A stretch of 64,000 nucleotides of DNA from an uncultured Chloroflexia bacterium (lineage in GTDB: Bacteria > Chloroflexota > Limnocylindria > Limnocylindrales > CSP1-4): NCBI GenBank assembly GCA_963766735.1, contig CAVYBU010000004.1:160001-224000 (forward strand), in the 5' to 3' direction. Positions 1-10,706 of the stretch are shown here, in pieces (positions within the stretch are counted from its first letter, which is position 1; the number at the start of each line of letters is the position of its first letter). The position numbers and the translations under genes are program-made. The notes beneath the pieces are model-generated. The model saw nothing but the letters and a program-made list of their open reading frames with translations. It was not told the DNA's origin and did no database searches.

Positions 1-139
1 GGCGGACGCCGTGCTGGCCCGGCGGCGTGGGACGCCGCTCGAAGGAGCACTTCTTGGTATAGCAGCGACTGCCCTTGAGGAAGAGCTTCAGCCCTTCGCG
101 GCGGCAGAGCCGGCAGACGGGATCGGTGTAACGGGCCAT
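1..139 (-). CDS. rpsD: 30S ribosomal protein S4, N-terminal part (runs off window), zinc-binding type
   Basis: Own translation of minus strand: [44 protein letters not shown]; follows rpsK. Confidence 0.95.
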   Translation of the reverse strand, partial: MARYTDPVCRLCRREGLKLFLKGSRCYTKKCSFERRPTPPGQHGVR

Positions 140-152
140 GTTCTCTCGGTAC

Positions 153-548
153 TCAGACGCGGCGCCGCTTGGGCGGGCGGCATCCGTTGTGAGGAATGGG
201 CGTGACGTCGGTGATCGCGCTCACCTCGAGGCCGGCTGCCTGGAGCGACCGGATGGCCTGCTCTCGGCCAGCGCCGGGTCCCTTGACGTAGACCTCGACC
301 TGGCGCATGCCGTGCTCCATCGCGCGTCGCGCGGCACCGTCCGCGGCGAGCGCGGCGGCATACGGCGTGCTCTTCCGGGAGCCCTTGAACCCGGCGATGC
401 CAGCAGAACCCCACGCGATGACGTTCCCGGTCAGGTCCGTGATCGTCACGATCGTGTTGTTGAAGCTCGCCAGAATGTGGACGTGTCCCTGCGGAACGTT
501 CTTCCGCTCCCGGCGCCGCTGCTTGACGGCGCGCTTTCGATCGGCCAT
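153..548 (-). CDS. rpsK: 30S ribosomal protein S11
   Basis: [43 protein letters not shown]. Confidence 0.98.
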   Translation of the reverse strand: MADRKRAVKQRRRERKNVPQGHVHILASFNNTIVTITDLTGNVIAWGSAGIAGFKGSRKSTPYAAALAADGAARRAMEHGMRQVEVYVKGPGAGREQAIRSLQAAGLEVSAITDVTPIPHNGCRPPKRRRV

Positions 549-565
549 GCCTTAGCGGTTCCTCG

Positions 566-940
566 TCACTTCATCTTCTTCCGGGCGCCGACCGTCTTCT
601 TGGGTCCCCGGCGCTGGCGGGCGTTGGTCTTGGTGCGCTGTCCGCGCACCGGGAGGTTGCGACGGTGTCGGAGGCCCCGGTATGACCCGATCTCGATGAG
701 GCGCTTGATGTTCAGCGCCACCTCGCGACGGAGGTCGCCCTCAACCTTGTACGTGCGGTCGATGACCTCTCGGAGCCGGTTCACCTGGTCTTCCGTCAGG
801 TCCCGCACGCGTGTGTCCGGGTTGACGCTCGTCTGCTTCAGGATCTTCTGGCTGGATGACAGCCCGACCCCGTAGACATAGGTAAGGGCAATCTCCACGC
901 GCTTCTCGCGCGGGATGTCGATGCCCGCAATTCGTGCCAT
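566..940 (-). CDS. rpsM: 30S ribosomal protein S13
   Basis: [23 protein letters not shown]. Confidence 0.98.
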   Translation of the reverse strand: MARIAGIDIPREKRVEIALTYVYGVGLSSSQKILKQTSVNPDTRVRDLTEDQVNRLREVIDRTYKVEGDLRREVALNIKRLIEIGSYRGLRHRRNLPVRGQRTKTNARQRRGPKKTVGARKKMK

Positions 941-944
941 AGGG

Positions 945-1058
945 TCAGCCCTGCCGCTGCTTGTGCTTGGGATTCGCGCAGATCACCATCACGGTGCCGT
1001 GGCGCCGGATGACCTTGCAGTTGTCACACCGCGTCTTGACGGACGCTCTGACCTTCAC
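945..1058 (-). CDS. rpmJ: 50S ribosomal protein L36
   Basis: Not in ORF track; GTG start, [37 protein letters not shown]. Confidence 0.96.
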   Translation of the reverse strand: MKVRASVKTRCDNCKVIRRHGTVMVICANPKHKQRQG

Positions 1059-1070
1059 CGGGTTCCTCGA

Positions 1071-1289
1071 TTACTTCAGGCGGTAGGTAATTCGACCCCG
1101 AGTGAGGTCGTAGGGAGAAAGCTCGACGCGGACCCGATCTCCGGGCAGGATCCGGATGAAGTTCATCCGAAGCTTCCCGCTGATGTGTGCGAGAACGCGA
1201 TGGCCGTTCTCAAGCTCCACCGCGAACATCGTATTCGGCAGCGGCTCGATCACGGTTCCTTCGACTTCTATCGCGTCCTTCTTGGCCAA
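1071..1289 (-). CDS. infA: translation initiation factor IF-1
   Basis: [11 protein letters not shown]...[19 protein letters not shown]...[11 protein letters not shown]. Confidence 0.98.
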   Translation of the reverse strand: MAKKDAIEVEGTVIEPLPNTMFAVELENGHRVLAHISGKLRMNFIRILPGDRVRVELSPYDLTRGRITYRLK

Positions 1290-1352
1290 CCTTGCTCCCT
1301 GGTCCTTCTCAGCACGAGTGTCGGCCCGGCATGGGCCGACACACGAACGCTG

Positions 1353-1381
1353 AGGATATCAAAGATGCCCCGATCCGACAA
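1353..1381 (-). promoter_or_regulatory. sigma70-type internal promoter upstream of infA
   Basis: TTGTCG-N17-TATCCT with extended -10 TG on minus strand. Confidence 0.55.
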
Positions 1382-1389
1382 CACATCTC

Positions 1390-2190
1390 TCACCCCACAA
1401 CAGTCGTGAGGATCCGGGGGCCGTCGGTGGTGATCGCGATGGTGTGCTCGAAGTGGGCCGCCAGCGACCGATCGGCCGTCACGACGGTCCAGCGGTCAGC
1501 GAGCGTGCGGGTCGCTTCGTCACCGATGACGAGCATCGGCTCGATGGCCAGGCAGTGGCCGGGCAACAGCTTCATGCCGGCGTCACGGGTCCGGAAGTTG
1601 AGGATGTGGGGCGGCTCGTGCATCGAGGCGCCGATGCCGTGCCCACCGTAGCCGCGCACGATCCCGTACCCGCCGGCAACGGCCACGTCCTCCACAGCGG
1701 CGGAGATGTCGCCGATCCGGTTGCCCGGGTCGGCCGCAGCGATGCCGGCCATCAGCGACAGGCGCGTCGTCTGGACCAGCTTGACCGCCTCGGGCGTCCC
1801 GGCGGCCTCACCACCGCAGATGAACGTGCGTGCCCCGTCGCCGTGCCAGCCGTCGAAGATGACTCCGACGTCGACCGACACGATCTGGCCGGAACGGATC
1901 TCTCGGTCGCCCGGGATGCCGTGGACGATCTCGTGGTCGATGGAGATGCAGGTTGACGCTGGATACGCGAGCGGGTTGCCGGGGTCATAGCTGCCGTTGG
2001 TCGCCATGTACCCCACGAAGGACGGGATCCCACCCGCGGCGCGGATATGGGCGCCGGCGAGACGATCGAGCTCCGCGGTGGAGACCCCCGGCCTGAGGGA
2101 CTCCTCCACGAGCGCCAGGACCTCCGCGACGATCCGGCCGGCCGATCGCATCTTCGCGATCTGGTCCATCGACTTGGTGGTGATCTGCAT
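1390..2190 (-). CDS. map: methionine aminopeptidase type I
   Basis: IVHGIPG, SVDVG, DGARTF, GHGIG..MHEPP, AIEPM, AAHFEHT. Confidence 0.97.
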   Translation of the reverse strand: MQITTKSMDQIAKMRSAGRIVAEVLALVEESLRPGVSTAELDRLAGAHIRAAGGIPSFVGYMATNGSYDPGNPLAYPASTCISIDHEIVHGIPGDREIRSGQIVSVDVGVIFDGWHGDGARTFICGGEAAGTPEAVKLVQTTRLSLMAGIAAADPGNRIGDISAAVEDVAVAGGYGIVRGYGGHGIGASMHEPPHILNFRTRDAGMKLLPGHCLAIEPMLVIGDEATRTLADRWTVVTADRSLAAHFEHTIAITTDGPRILTTVVG

Positions 2191-2882
2191 CAGCCGGCCA
2201 GGGGCTCCCCGGGCGTCCCGGCGGCACGAATGCCCGCCTCGTCCAGCGTGGCGTTGATGGCCTCGGCGACCTCGCTGATCCCCTGGAGGCCGTCTACGGT
2301 GCGCAGGACACCGGACGCCCGGTAGTGATCGATCACCTCGGCAAGCGCGTCCAGCTGCAGGTCCATGCGGGCACGGATGGTGTCCGGCTGGTCGTCGGCG
2401 CGCTGGTACAGCTCCGAGCCGTCGAGGTCACAGGCACCCGCGACGCGTGGCGGGCTGGAGACGTCATGGTGCGGGTGTCCAGCCGCCCTGCAGACCCACC
2501 GGCCCGACATGCGTCGGACCAGCTCGTCGCGCGGGACGTTCACGAGGACGGCGGCGCCGACGCGGGCGTCGCGCTGGGCGAGCTCGCGGTCCAGCGCCGA
2601 TGCCTGGACCCCGGTGCGCGGGAACCCGTCGAGGATGACCCCCGCGGTCGCGTCCGGCTTGCCCAGCCGGTCCAGCAGGAGCCGGACCGTGATCTCGTCG
2701 GGAACGAGCTGGCCGGCGTCCATGTGGCGGCGCGCTTCCTGGCCCACGGCCGTTCCGTCGCGCACGGCTGCTCGAAACAGGTCTCCGGTGGCCACGACCG
2801 GAATGCCGAGGCGGGTTGCGAGCAACGGAGCCTGGGTTCCCTTCCCGGCGCCGGGGGCGCCGAGGAGGACAACCACGTTCAT
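2190..2882 (-). CDS. adk: adenylate kinase
   Basis: LLGAPGAGKGTQA P-loop, LDGFPRT, LID region, follows secY. Confidence 0.97.
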   Translation of the reverse strand: MNVVVLLGAPGAGKGTQAPLLATRLGIPVVATGDLFRAAVRDGTAVGQEARRHMDAGQLVPDEITVRLLLDRLGKPDATAGVILDGFPRTGVQASALDRELAQRDARVGAAVLVNVPRDELVRRMSGRWVCRAAGHPHHDVSSPPRVAGACDLDGSELYQRADDQPDTIRARMDLQLDALAEVIDHYRASGVLRTVDGLQGISEVAEAINATLDEAGIRAAGTPGEPLAG

Positions 2883-4156
2883 TTGATGAAGCCCTCGTAT
2901 TGGCGGATGAGCAGCTGGGCCTCGAGCTGCTTCATCGTCTCGACGACGACCGAGACCACGATCAGGACGCCCGTGCCACCCAGCGCCATGCCGGCGAACT
3001 GCGGCAGGACCAGGCCGATGAAGGGGGGCAGGGCGGCGACGGTGCCGAGGAACAGGGCGCCGGCAACCGTGATCCGCGTGACCACCCTGGCCAGGTAGTC
3101 CTGCGTGGGACGGCCCGGGCGGATGCCGGGGATGAAGCCGCCATTCTTGCGCAGCTGCTCTGCCGTCTCATCCGGCTTGAACGTGAACGCGGTGTAGAAG
3201 TACGTGAAGCCGACGGTCAGCAGGAAGTAGAGGGCTACGTAGAGCCAGGATCCCTGGCTGAGCCAGCTCACCACTCCGGTCGCGATGTCCCCGATCAGGC
3301 CGGGCGAGCTCGTGAAGTAGCTCGCGATCTGGCTCGGGAACAGAAGGATGCTAACCGCGAAGATGATCGGGATCACGCCGGCCTGGTTGACCCGGAGCGG
3401 CAGGAATGTCTGCCCGCCCTGGTACATGCGCCGGCCCCGCACGCGCGAGGCGTACTGGATTGGGATGCGGCGCTGGCCTTCCTGGATGTAGATGATCACC
3501 GCAACCGCCAGGATCGCGAGGATGCCGAACAGGACGAGCCGGGCGAGATCGGGGTTGTCGAGGAAGCCGGTGAGGGCCGCGGGTACGCGACTCACGATGC
3601 CCGCGAAGATGATGAAGCTGATGCCGTTGCCGATGCCCTTTTCGGTAATCAGCTCGCCCAGCCACATCAGGACGACGGAACCCGCGGTGAGGGTGACGAT
3701 CTGGGTGATGGTCTCCCAGCTGCCGAGGTCGAACGGCGTCGCCAGGACGCGGTTCGCGTTGAGCAGCGCCAGGAAGCCGTAGGACTGCAGGAGTGCCAGC
3801 GGCACCGCCAGGTACCGGGTGTACTGGTTGATCTTGGTGCGCCCGTATTCGCCCTCGCGCTGGAGGTTCTGCAGCGACGGGACCACGCCCGTCATCAGCT
3901 GCATGATGATCGAGGCGTTGATGTACGGGTTGACGCCCAGCGCCACGACCGAGAAGTTCGACAGGCCACCGCCCGAGAACAGGTCGAGCAGCCCGAAGAT
4001 CGGGCTGTCCTGCAGGAACACCCGGAGCTGCTCCCGGTCCACGCCCGGAACCGGCACGTGCGCCAGCAACCGGAAGACAAGCAGGATGAACGCGACGTAC
4101 AGGATCCGGCGCCGGAGGTCCGGCGCCCGGAACGCGTTGAGCAGGGCCTCGAACAC
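2879..4156 (-). CDS. secY: preprotein translocase SecY
   Basis: ALGVNPYINASIIMQL, GIGNGIS, FIPGIRPG, multiple TM segments. Confidence 0.98.
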   Translation of the reverse strand: MFEALLNAFRAPDLRRRILYVAFILLVFRLLAHVPVPGVDREQLRVFLQDSPIFGLLDLFSGGGLSNFSVVALGVNPYINASIIMQLMTGVVPSLQNLQREGEYGRTKINQYTRYLAVPLALLQSYGFLALLNANRVLATPFDLGSWETITQIVTLTAGSVVLMWLGELITEKGIGNGISFIIFAGIVSRVPAALTGFLDNPDLARLVLFGILAILAVAVIIYIQEGQRRIPIQYASRVRGRRMYQGGQTFLPLRVNQAGVIPIIFAVSILLFPSQIASYFTSSPGLIGDIATGVVSWLSQGSWLYVALYFLLTVGFTYFYTAFTFKPDETAEQLRKNGGFIPGIRPGRPTQDYLARVVTRITVAGALFLGTVAALPPFIGLVLPQFAGMALGGTGVLIVVSVVVETMKQLEAQLLIRQYEGFIK

Positions 4157-4162
4157 GGGTGC

Positions 4163-4702
4163 CTAGCCGTTGCCGGTAGCGTCGGCCGCCGGCTCGATCC
4201 CGAGGGCGGCAAGAGGCGAGCTCGGGATCTCGATCACCTGGGCCGTGCCACCGGCCGCCTCGATCTTCTCGCGGGCGCTCTTCGTGAAGGCATCTGCCAG
4301 CACGAACAGCTTCGCGTCGACCTCACCGTGGCCGAGGACCTTGAGCGGGAGGCGATCACGACGCACCAGGCCGGCAGCCTTCAGGGTGTCGGGGTTGACC
4401 GTGACCGGCGCGCCCTTCTCCTGGTGCAGCTTGCCCGAGACGATCGCGGCGCTGATCGCGCCGACGTTGACCACCTCGTACTCGATGTCGTTGATGTTGC
4501 GGAAGCCGCGCAGCTTCGGGATCCGGATGTGAAGGGGCGTCTGGCCACCCTCGAACCACGCCGGGATCGAAGCACCGGCGCGCGACTTCTGGCCCTTGGT
4601 TCCTCGACCCGCGGTCTTGCCCTTGCCTGCGGCGATGCCGCGTCCAACGCGGGTCCGCTTCTTGGTCGAGCCCTCTGCGGGGTGGAGGTCGTGGATCTTC
4701 AT
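4163..4702 (-). CDS. rplO: 50S ribosomal protein L15 (C-terminal extension)
   Basis: RVGRGIAAGKGKTAGRGTKGQ, FEGGQTPL. Confidence 0.97.
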   Translation of the reverse strand: MKIHDLHPAEGSTKKRTRVGRGIAAGKGKTAGRGTKGQKSRAGASIPAWFEGGQTPLHIRIPKLRGFRNINDIEYEVVNVGAISAAIVSGKLHQEKGAPVTVNPDTLKAAGLVRRDRLPLKVLGHGEVDAKLFVLADAFTKSAREKIEAAGGTAQVIEIPSSPLAALGIEPAADATGNG

Positions 4703-4920
4703 CAGTTGGTCTCCGGGGTCGTCGCGTCCGCGCCCTCGGGGAGCTCCTCGAAGGTGACCAGGAACCGGACCTGGCGGACCATGCCCCGGACGGCGGGGTT
4801 GTCCGGCAGGATCGACGTGCTGCCGATGCCGTGCAGGCCCAGGGCGCGGATCGTCGCCCGGTTCCGGGCGATGTGGCTGATCGTGCTCTTGGTCTGGGTG
4901 ACGCGGAGCCTAGCGGCCAT
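4702..4920 (-). CDS. rpmD: 50S ribosomal protein L30
   Basis: LRVTQTKS...ATIRALGL...DNPAVRGMV; position between rpsE and rplO. Confidence 0.94.
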   Translation of the reverse strand: MAARLRVTQTKSTISHIARNRATIRALGLHGIGSTSILPDNPAVRGMVRQVRFLVTFEELPEGADATTPETN

Positions 4921-5449
4921 CGGCCACCTCCTGCGCGGCAGCCGGCTGGCCGGGCACGACGAGGCGGATCTTCACGCCACGCTGGCGGGCAACCTCCTCG
5001 ACAGACCTGAGGCTGGTGAGCGCGTTGATCGTCGCCCTGGTCACGTTCACGGGGTTGGTGGACCCGTGGATCTTGGACAGGATGTCGCGGATACCCGCCG
5101 CTTCGACGACGGCGCGGACGGCGCCGCCGGCGATCACGCCGGTTCCCTTGGAGGCCGGCTTGAGCATCACGCGCGCGGCGGCGTACTCCTCGCGGACCTC
5201 GTGCGGGATCGTGGTCCCGACCATCGGGACGCGCACGACGTTCTTCTTCGCGTCCTCGACACCCTTGCGGATGGACTCGGGCACGTCGCCGGCCTTGCCG
5301 ATGCCGACGCCGACGTGGCCGTTGCCGTCACCCACGACGATGACCGCCGAGAACGAGAAGCGCCGGCCGCCCTTGTGAACCTTGGCGACGCGGTTGATCT
5401 GGACGACGCGCTCCTCGAGCGCGAGCTTGTTGGGGTCGATACGGGCCAC
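4910..5449 (-). CDS. rpsE: 30S ribosomal protein S5
   Basis: GTG start after GAGGA RBS; [31 protein letters not shown]. The 304-aa ORF in the track is an artefactual fusion with rplR. Confidence 0.95.
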   Translation of the reverse strand: MARIDPNKLALEERVVQINRVAKVHKGGRRFSFSAVIVVGDGNGHVGVGIGKAGDVPESIRKGVEDAKKNVVRVPMVGTTIPHEVREEYAAARVMLKPASKGTGVIAGGAVRAVVEAAGIRDILSKIHGSTNPVNVTRATINALTSLRSVEEVARQRGVKIRLVVPGQPAAAQEVADGR

Positions 5450-5460
5450 AGGGTGTCCTC

Positions 5461-5824
5461 TCAGAAGTCGAGGCCGGCTTCGCGAGCCGCCTCGGCGAGC
5501 GAGCGAACCCGCCCGTGGTAGTGGAACCCCGCCCGGTCGAAGACCACCTTTTCCACGCCGACCGCCTTCGCGCGCTCCGCCACGAGCTGGCCGACGCGCT
5601 TGGCATCGGCCGTCTTCGTGCCCTCGGCGCCACGGAGGCCGTGAGTCGAGCGAGGACGCCGCGGCCAGGGTCTGGCCGCTGGTGTCGTCGATGACCTGGG
5701 CGTAGATGTGGTTCAGGCTGCGGAACACCGCGAGGCGCGGCCGCGAGGCCGTCCCCGCGAGGCGGAGGCGGATGCGCTCGTGGCGCTTGGTGCGCGACGC
5801 GGAGCGGGTCGTGAGCTTGGTCAT
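5461..5824 (-). CDS. rplR: 50S ribosomal protein L18 with one extra base near 5641 (+1 frameshift)
   Basis: N-half [29 protein letters not shown] in one frame; C-half [46 protein letters not shown] in the +1 frame; span 364 nt = 3n+1. Confidence 0.92.
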
Positions 5825-5826
5825 GG

Positions 5827-6378
5827 CTACTTCTTCCCGCCGATCTTGCCGGCCTTGCCCGCCTTGCGGCGGACCTTCTCGCCGGCATACCGGACGCCCT
5901 TGCCCTTGTAGGGCTCGGGCTTGCGGGTGGCGCGGACCTTCGCCGCGTACTGGCCGACGAGCTCCTTGTCGATCCCCACGACCGCGAGGCGGACGGGGGT
6001 CTCCAGCTCGAAGCTGATACCGGCAGGCGGATCGATCTCGACCGGATGGCTGTAGCCGAGCGCGAGGACGAGCTTGTCGCCCACCTTCTGCGCGCGGTAG
6101 CCCACGCCGACGATCTCGAGGCCCTTGCGGTACCCGGTGGTGACCCCGACGACCATGTTGTTGACGAGCGTGCGCGTCAGGCCGTGGAGCGACTTGTCGA
6201 GCTTGTTCTCCGTGGGCCGGGTGACGACGAGGGTCTCGCCCTCGCGGTCGACCGCGATCCGCGGCGGCAATGCGCGGGTCAGGGTCCCCTTGGGGCCCGT
6301 GACCGTGATGATGCGCCCGTCGAACGTGATGTCCACGCCGGCGGGAACAGGGATGGGGAGGCGGCCAATGCGGGACAT
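5827..6378 (-). CDS. rplF: 50S ribosomal protein L6
   Basis: [30 protein letters not shown]. Confidence 0.97.
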   Translation of the reverse strand: MSRIGRLPIPVPAGVDITFDGRIITVTGPKGTLTRALPPRIAVDREGETLVVTRPTENKLDKSLHGLTRTLVNNMVVGVTTGYRKGLEIVGVGYRAQKVGDKLVLALGYSHPVEIDPPAGISFELETPVRLAVVGIDKELVGQYAAKVRATRKPEPYKGKGVRYAGEKVRRKAGKAGKIGGKK

Positions 6379-6382
6379 CGCG

Positions 6383-6781
6383 CTACCAGACGTAGGCGAG
6401 GATCTCGCCACCGAGCGCCGCCTGCTTGGCCTGGGCGCCCGTCATGATCCCCTTGCTCGTGCTGACGATCACGATGCCCAGACCGCCCAGGACCCGCGGG
6501 ATGTCCGTCTTCTGCGCGTACACGCGCAGGCCCGGCTTGCTGATCCGCTTGAGGCCCGAGACGACCGGCACCTTGCCGTCGACATACTTGAGTTGGATGC
6601 GCAGGAGCTGCGCCACGCCGTCGCGCTCCTCGTGGACGTCGGCGATGAAGCCTTCCTCCATGAGGATCCGCGCAATCTCGCGCTTGGTGCGCGAGGCCGG
6701 CACGACGACCTCCGTGTGGCGAGCTCGCGAGGCGTTGCGAACACGCGTGAGCATGTCCGCGATCGGGTCGGAGATGTTCAT
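6383..6781 (-). CDS. rpsH: 30S ribosomal protein S8
   Basis: [32 protein letters not shown]. Confidence 0.97.
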   Translation of the reverse strand: MNISDPIADMLTRVRNASRARHTEVVVPASRTKREIARILMEEGFIADVHEERDGVAQLLRIQLKYVDGKVPVVSGLKRISKPGLRVYAQKTDIPRVLGGLGIVIVSTSKGIMTGAQAKQAALGGEILAYVW

Positions 6782-6785
6782 CTCT

Positions 6786-6971
6786 CTACCAGCTCGACTT
6801 CGTGACGCCGGGCAGCTCGCCGACGAGCGCGCGCTCTCGGAAGCAGATCCGGCAGAGAGCGAAACGGCGCATGTACGCTCGCGGTCGGCCGCAGACATAG
6901 CAGCGGTGATACCCCTGCACCGGGTGCTTCGGATCCCGCTTCGCCTTCGCGATCATGGACTTCTTGGCCAT
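6786..6971 (-). CDS. rpsZ: 30S ribosomal protein S14 type Z (zinc-binding)
   Basis: 61 aa, [25 protein letters not shown]. Confidence 0.96.
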   Translation of the reverse strand: MAKKSMIAKAKRDPKHPVQGYHRCYVCGRPRAYMRRFALCRICFRERALVGELPGVTKSSW

Positions 6972-6990
6972 CTGGACTCCTCCCCGCGCC

Positions 6991-7533
6991 CTAGCCGGCG
7001 AAGGGCATGCCGAGGAGTTCGAGCAACAGCTTCGACTCCTCGTCGGTCTTCGCCGTCGTCACGATGCTGATCTCCAGCCCGCGGAGACGGTCCACCTTGT
7101 CATAGTCGATCTCCGGGAAGGCGAGTTGCTCCCGGAGGCCGAGCGAGTAGTTGCCTCGCCCGTCGAAGGACTTGCTGGGCACGCCCCGAAAGTCACGGAT
7201 GCGCGGAAGCGCAAGCCGCGTGAGGCGCTCCAGGAAGTCCCACATCCGCTCGCCGCGGAGGGTGACCTTCACGCCGATCGGGTTGCCGGTACGAATGCGG
7301 AACTGGGCGATCGACCTCTTGGCGCGGGTGACGATCGGCTTCTGGCCCGTGATGAGCTGCAGGTCGCCGACCGCGGCATCCACTGCCTTGGCGTTCGTGA
7401 GGGCCTCGCCCAGGCCGATGTTGATGACGATCTTGTCCATGCCCGGCACCTGCATCGGGTTGACGTAGCCGAACTGCTTCTGCAGCGCGGGAATCACCTC
7501 CGACGTGTACCGCTCCTTGAGCTGACCGCTCAC
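6991..7533 (-). CDS. rplE: 50S ribosomal protein L5
   Basis: [33 protein letters not shown]. Confidence 0.98.
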   Translation of the reverse strand: MSGQLKERYTSEVIPALQKQFGYVNPMQVPGMDKIVINIGLGEALTNAKAVDAAVGDLQLITGQKPIVTRAKRSIAQFRIRTGNPIGVKVTLRGERMWDFLERLTRLALPRIRDFRGVPSKSFDGRGNYSLGLREQLAFPEIDYDKVDRLRGLEISIVTTAKTDEESKLLLELLGMPFAG

Positions 7534-7970
7534 GCTTTCACCTCCAGCGGCTCGCCGCAGTGGTGGCAGGTGCGCACCCGGGTGCCGTTGTCGAGCGTCC
7601 GGTGACCGACTCGCGTCGGGCGGTCGCAGTGGCTGCAGACGACCATGACCCGGCTGACCGGGAGCGGCATCGCGCGCTCCAGGATGCCGCCGGGATCGAC
7701 GGTCGGCGCGGAGCCCGGCCCACCGGAGGACCGCTGGCGCGGCTTCGTGTGCTTGCGGGCGATGTTCAGCCCGTCGACGACCACCAGCACGCCACCCTTG
7801 AGCGATGTGCGGCGGTACCCCGAGCGGACCGGGGACGGCGACGGGTCGCGGCGGATCACCCGGTCGACCTTGCCACGCTTGCCGGCATCCTTGCCGGCCA
7901 GCACGACGACGGTGTCGCCCTTGCGGATCTCCGGGACCTTCGTCCGGTGCTGGATAGACCGGTCGGGCAT
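7530..7970 (-). CDS. rplX: 50S ribosomal protein L24 (with insertions, two CxxC)
   Basis: [24 protein letters not shown] motif; position after rplN. Confidence 0.94.
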   Translation of the reverse strand: MPDRSIQHRTKVPEIRKGDTVVVLAGKDAGKRGKVDRVIRRDPSPSPVRSGYRRTSLKGGVLVVVDGLNIARKHTKPRQRSSGGPGSAPTVDPGGILERAMPLPVSRVMVVCSHCDRPTRVGHRTLDNGTRVRTCHHCGEPLEVKA

Positions 7971-8338
7971 TACAGCACCTCCGGTGCGAGGGAGACGATC
8001 TTCATGTAGTTCCGGTCACGCAACTCACGGGCGACGGGGCCGAAGATGCGGGTCCCGCGGGGATTGCCCTGGTTGTTGATGAGCACGGCCGCGTTCTCGT
8101 CGAAGCGGATGTAGCTCCCGTCGGGGCGGCCGATCTCCTTCGACGTCCGGACGATGACCGCCCGCACGACATCGCCCTTCTTGACGGGCGCATTCGGGAT
8201 CGCGGTCTTGACGCTCGCGACGATCACGTCGCCGATGCCGGCTACGGTCTTGCGCGAGCGACCCATGATCCGGATGCACTCGATCGTGCGGGCTCCGGTG
8301 TTGTCGGCGACGCGGAGGCGCGTCGAGGCCTGGATCAC
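7970..8338 (-). CDS. rplN: 50S ribosomal protein L14
   Basis: [29 protein letters not shown]. Confidence 0.98.
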   Translation of the reverse strand: MIQASTRLRVADNTGARTIECIRIMGRSRKTVAGIGDVIVASVKTAIPNAPVKKGDVVRAVIVRTSKEIGRPDGSYIRFDENAAVLINNQGNPRGTRIFGPVARELRDRNYMKIVSLAPEVL

Positions 8339-8721
8339 GCCTGGACCTCCTCACCCTCGGCGCGTCGGCCGGGGTGCGCGGCAGCGTGGATCGCCTCGGT
8401 CGTCTCGGCCTCCTCAGCCGGGATGATCTCGCCTGCACGCTCCTCGCCTGCGCGGGAGAGGACGGACACGAGGCGCCAGCGCTTGGTCGCGGAGAGGGGG
8501 CGCGACTCCTCGATGGCGACCGTGTCGCCGATCTTCGCCTCGTTGTGCTCGTCGTGGGCCGCGAACTTGGTCGAGGCCTTCATGACGCGCTTGTACAGGC
8601 GGTGACGCGTCAGGCGCCCGACGGACACGACGATCGTCTTGTCCATCTTGTCGCTGACGACGCGGCCGACCTTGGTCTTGCGCTGTCCCTTCACGGGGGT
8701 AGTGGCTCCTGCGGTGGGCAT
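8335..8721 (-). CDS. rpsQ: 30S ribosomal protein S17 (acidic C-terminal extension)
   Basis: [29 protein letters not shown]. Confidence 0.96.
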   Translation of the reverse strand: MPTAGATTPVKGQRKTKVGRVVSDKMDKTIVVSVGRLTRHRLYKRVMKASTKFAAHDEHNEAKIGDTVAIEESRPLSATKRWRLVSVLSRAGEERAGEIIPAEEAETTEAIHAAAHPGRRAEGEEVQA

Positions 8722-8731
8722 CCCGACGCTC

Positions 8732-8938
8732 CTACTCCGCCGAGCGCGGCGCGGTTGCCCGCTCGCGCTTGACGGTGAGGATCCGGGCGATCGTCTGTCG
8801 CGTCGCCGGGATCTGGCTGTAATCCTTCAACTGACGGGTCGAGAGGGCGAAGCGGGCCTGCCAGAGGTCCTGCTTGGCATCCTTGAGCCGGTCATCCAGT
8901 TCGCTGTCCGTGAGCTTCCGGACCTCACCGATCTCCAT
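8732..8938 (-). CDS. rpmC: 50S ribosomal protein L29
   Basis: Position and RF..TRQL..IARILTV. Confidence 0.93.
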   Translation of the reverse strand: MEIGEVRKLTDSELDDRLKDAKQDLWQARFALSTRQLKDYSQIPATRQTIARILTVKRERATAPRSAE

Positions 8939-9362
8939 CGGTGACCTCCTTCGCGGTTTCGCGGACCACGACGCGGGTCGCGACCGGGAGCTTGTGGGAG
9001 GCGAGGCGCATGGCCTCGACGGCCGCCGCGTGCTCGACTCCCGCCATCTCGAACAGGATCCTTCCGGGGCGCACGACCGCGACCCAGTGGTCCGGGGCGC
9101 CCTTGCCCGAGCCCATGCGGGTCTCGGCCGGCTTCTTGGTCGCGGGCTTGTCCGGGAAGACGCGGATCCAGATCTTTCCCCCGCGCTTGACCGAGCGGGT
9201 CATCGCGCGTCGGGCGGCCTCGATCTGCCGGGCCGTGATCCAGGCCGGCTCGAGCGTGGCCAGGCCGTACTCGCCGAAGGCGACGGTGTGCCCGCCCTTC
9301 GCCATTCCGGACATCCGGCCGCGCATCACCTTGCGGTGCTTGACGCGTCGCGGCATCAGCAT
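8925..9362 (-). CDS. rplP: 50S ribosomal protein L16
   Basis: [26 protein letters not shown]. Confidence 0.97.
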   Translation of the reverse strand: MLMPRRVKHRKVMRGRMSGMAKGGHTVAFGEYGLATLEPAWITARQIEAARRAMTRSVKRGGKIWIRVFPDKPATKKPAETRMGSGKGAPDHWVAVVRPGRILFEMAGVEHAAAVEAMRLASHKLPVATRVVVRETAKEVTDGDR

Positions 9363-9366
9363 GGCG

Positions 9367-10053
9367 TCACACCCCCTGCGCGGCGCCGGCCGCGACAGCG
9401 GGAGCGGCAGCCTCGCGGCGCTTGCGCTCCACGGGGATCTCGCCCTTGTAGATCCAGACCTTGACGCCGATCCGACCGTAGGTCGTGTGAGCGTGGACCT
9501 GGCCATAGCTGATGTCGGCACGCAGGGTGCCCAGCGGGATGCGACCCTCGCGGTCCCACTCGCGGCGACCCATCTCAGAGCCCCCGAGGCGTCCGGCCAG
9601 CGCGATCTTGCATCCCTTGGCCCCAGCCTTCATCGACCGCTGGATGGACTGCTTCATCGCCTTCTTGTAGGCGACACGGCGGCTCAGCTGCTGGGCGATG
9701 TTGAGGGCGACGAGGTACGCGTCGAGCTCAGGCTGGCGGATCTCCTTGATCTCCAGCTTGACCTTGCGCTTCGCCAGCTCGCCGATCTCCTTGCGGAGGA
9801 TCTCGACGTTCTGGCCACCGCGGCCGATCACGATGCCCGGCTTGGCGGTGTGGATCGAAACGGTGACGTGGTTGATGCCACGCTCGATCTCGACCCCGCT
9901 CACGCTGGCGTTCGCCAGCCGCCGATCAAGCAGCTGCCGGATCGAGATGTCCTCCTTGAGGAGGGTTGTGTACTCCTTGTCGGCGTACCACTTGGCGGTC
10001 CACGTTCGGGTGTAGCCCAGGCGGTAGCCGTACGGATGGACTTTGTGTCCCAT
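9367..10053 (-). CDS. rpsC: 30S ribosomal protein S3
   Basis: [34 protein letters not shown]. Confidence 0.97.
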   Translation of the reverse strand: MGHKVHPYGYRLGYTRTWTAKWYADKEYTTLLKEDISIRQLLDRRLANASVSGVEIERGINHVTVSIHTAKPGIVIGRGGQNVEILRKEIGELAKRKVKLEIKEIRQPELDAYLVALNIAQQLSRRVAYKKAMKQSIQRSMKAGAKGCKIALAGRLGGSEMGRREWDREGRIPLGTLRADISYGQVHAHTTYGRIGVKVWIYKGEIPVERKRREAAAPAVAAGAAQGV

Positions 10054-10055
10054 GC

Positions 10056-10394
10056 CTAGGCCTCCCGGTCGGCCACGACGACCGTGATGTGCGTCATGGG
10101 CTTGTGGATCGGGAAGGCCCGACCCTGGGCCCGCGGGCGCCATCGCTTGATCGTCGGGCCCTCGTTGGCGACCGCATCGGCGACGACAAGCTCGTCGGCC
10201 GACCGGTTCAGGTTGTTCTCGGCGTTTGCCGTCGCGCTTTTCAGCACGCGCGCGACGTCGCGTGCGGCCGCCTGCGGCATGAACCGCAGGAGCGCGGCGG
10301 CCTCCTCGACCGGCTTGCCCTTGATCGCCTCGGTGATGAGGCGGGCCTTCCGGGTGGAGCCCCTCAGGTACTTGGCTGTGGCAGAGACACGCAC
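10056..10394 (-). CDS. rplV: 50S ribosomal protein L22
   Basis: GTG start; KARLI, LKSATANAENN, RPRAQGRA. Confidence 0.96.
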   Translation of the reverse strand: MRVSATAKYLRGSTRKARLITEAIKGKPVEEAAALLRFMPQAAARDVARVLKSATANAENNLNRSADELVVADAVANEGPTIKRWRPRAQGRAFPIHKPMTHITVVVADREA

Positions 10395-10407
10395 GTCGTT
10401 GGCCCCT

Positions 10408-10692
10408 CTACCGCAGTCCGCCGGACCGGTCGGCGTTCTTGCCGTGCCCGCGATACGTGCGGGTGGGGGCAAACTCGCCGAGACGGTGGCCGACCATGTT
10501 CTCAGTGACGTACACCGGCACGTGCTTCTTGCCGTTGTAGACGGCAATCGTGTGGCCGATGAAGTCGGGGAAGATGACGGACGCGCGCGACCAGGTCTTG
10601 AGGACCTTGCGCTCGCTCCTCTTGTTCATGTCCTGCACCCGGGCGAGAAGCCGGGGCTGGACGAACGGTCCCTTCTTGACCGATCGCGACAT
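10408..10692 (-). CDS. rpsS: 30S ribosomal protein S19
   Basis: [30 protein letters not shown]. Confidence 0.98.
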   Translation of the reverse strand: MSRSVKKGPFVQPRLLARVQDMNKRSERKVLKTWSRASVIFPDFIGHTIAVYNGKKHVPVYVTENMVGHRLGEFAPTRTYRGHGKNADRSGGLR

Positions 10693-10706
10693 GCTCTAGC
10701 TCCTCT

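Noticed and set aside
4910-5824. L18-S5 fusion protein (304 aa)
   Set aside because: Produced by the single extra base in rplR; rpsE has its own RBS and GTG, and the true L18 C-terminus is in the +1 frame
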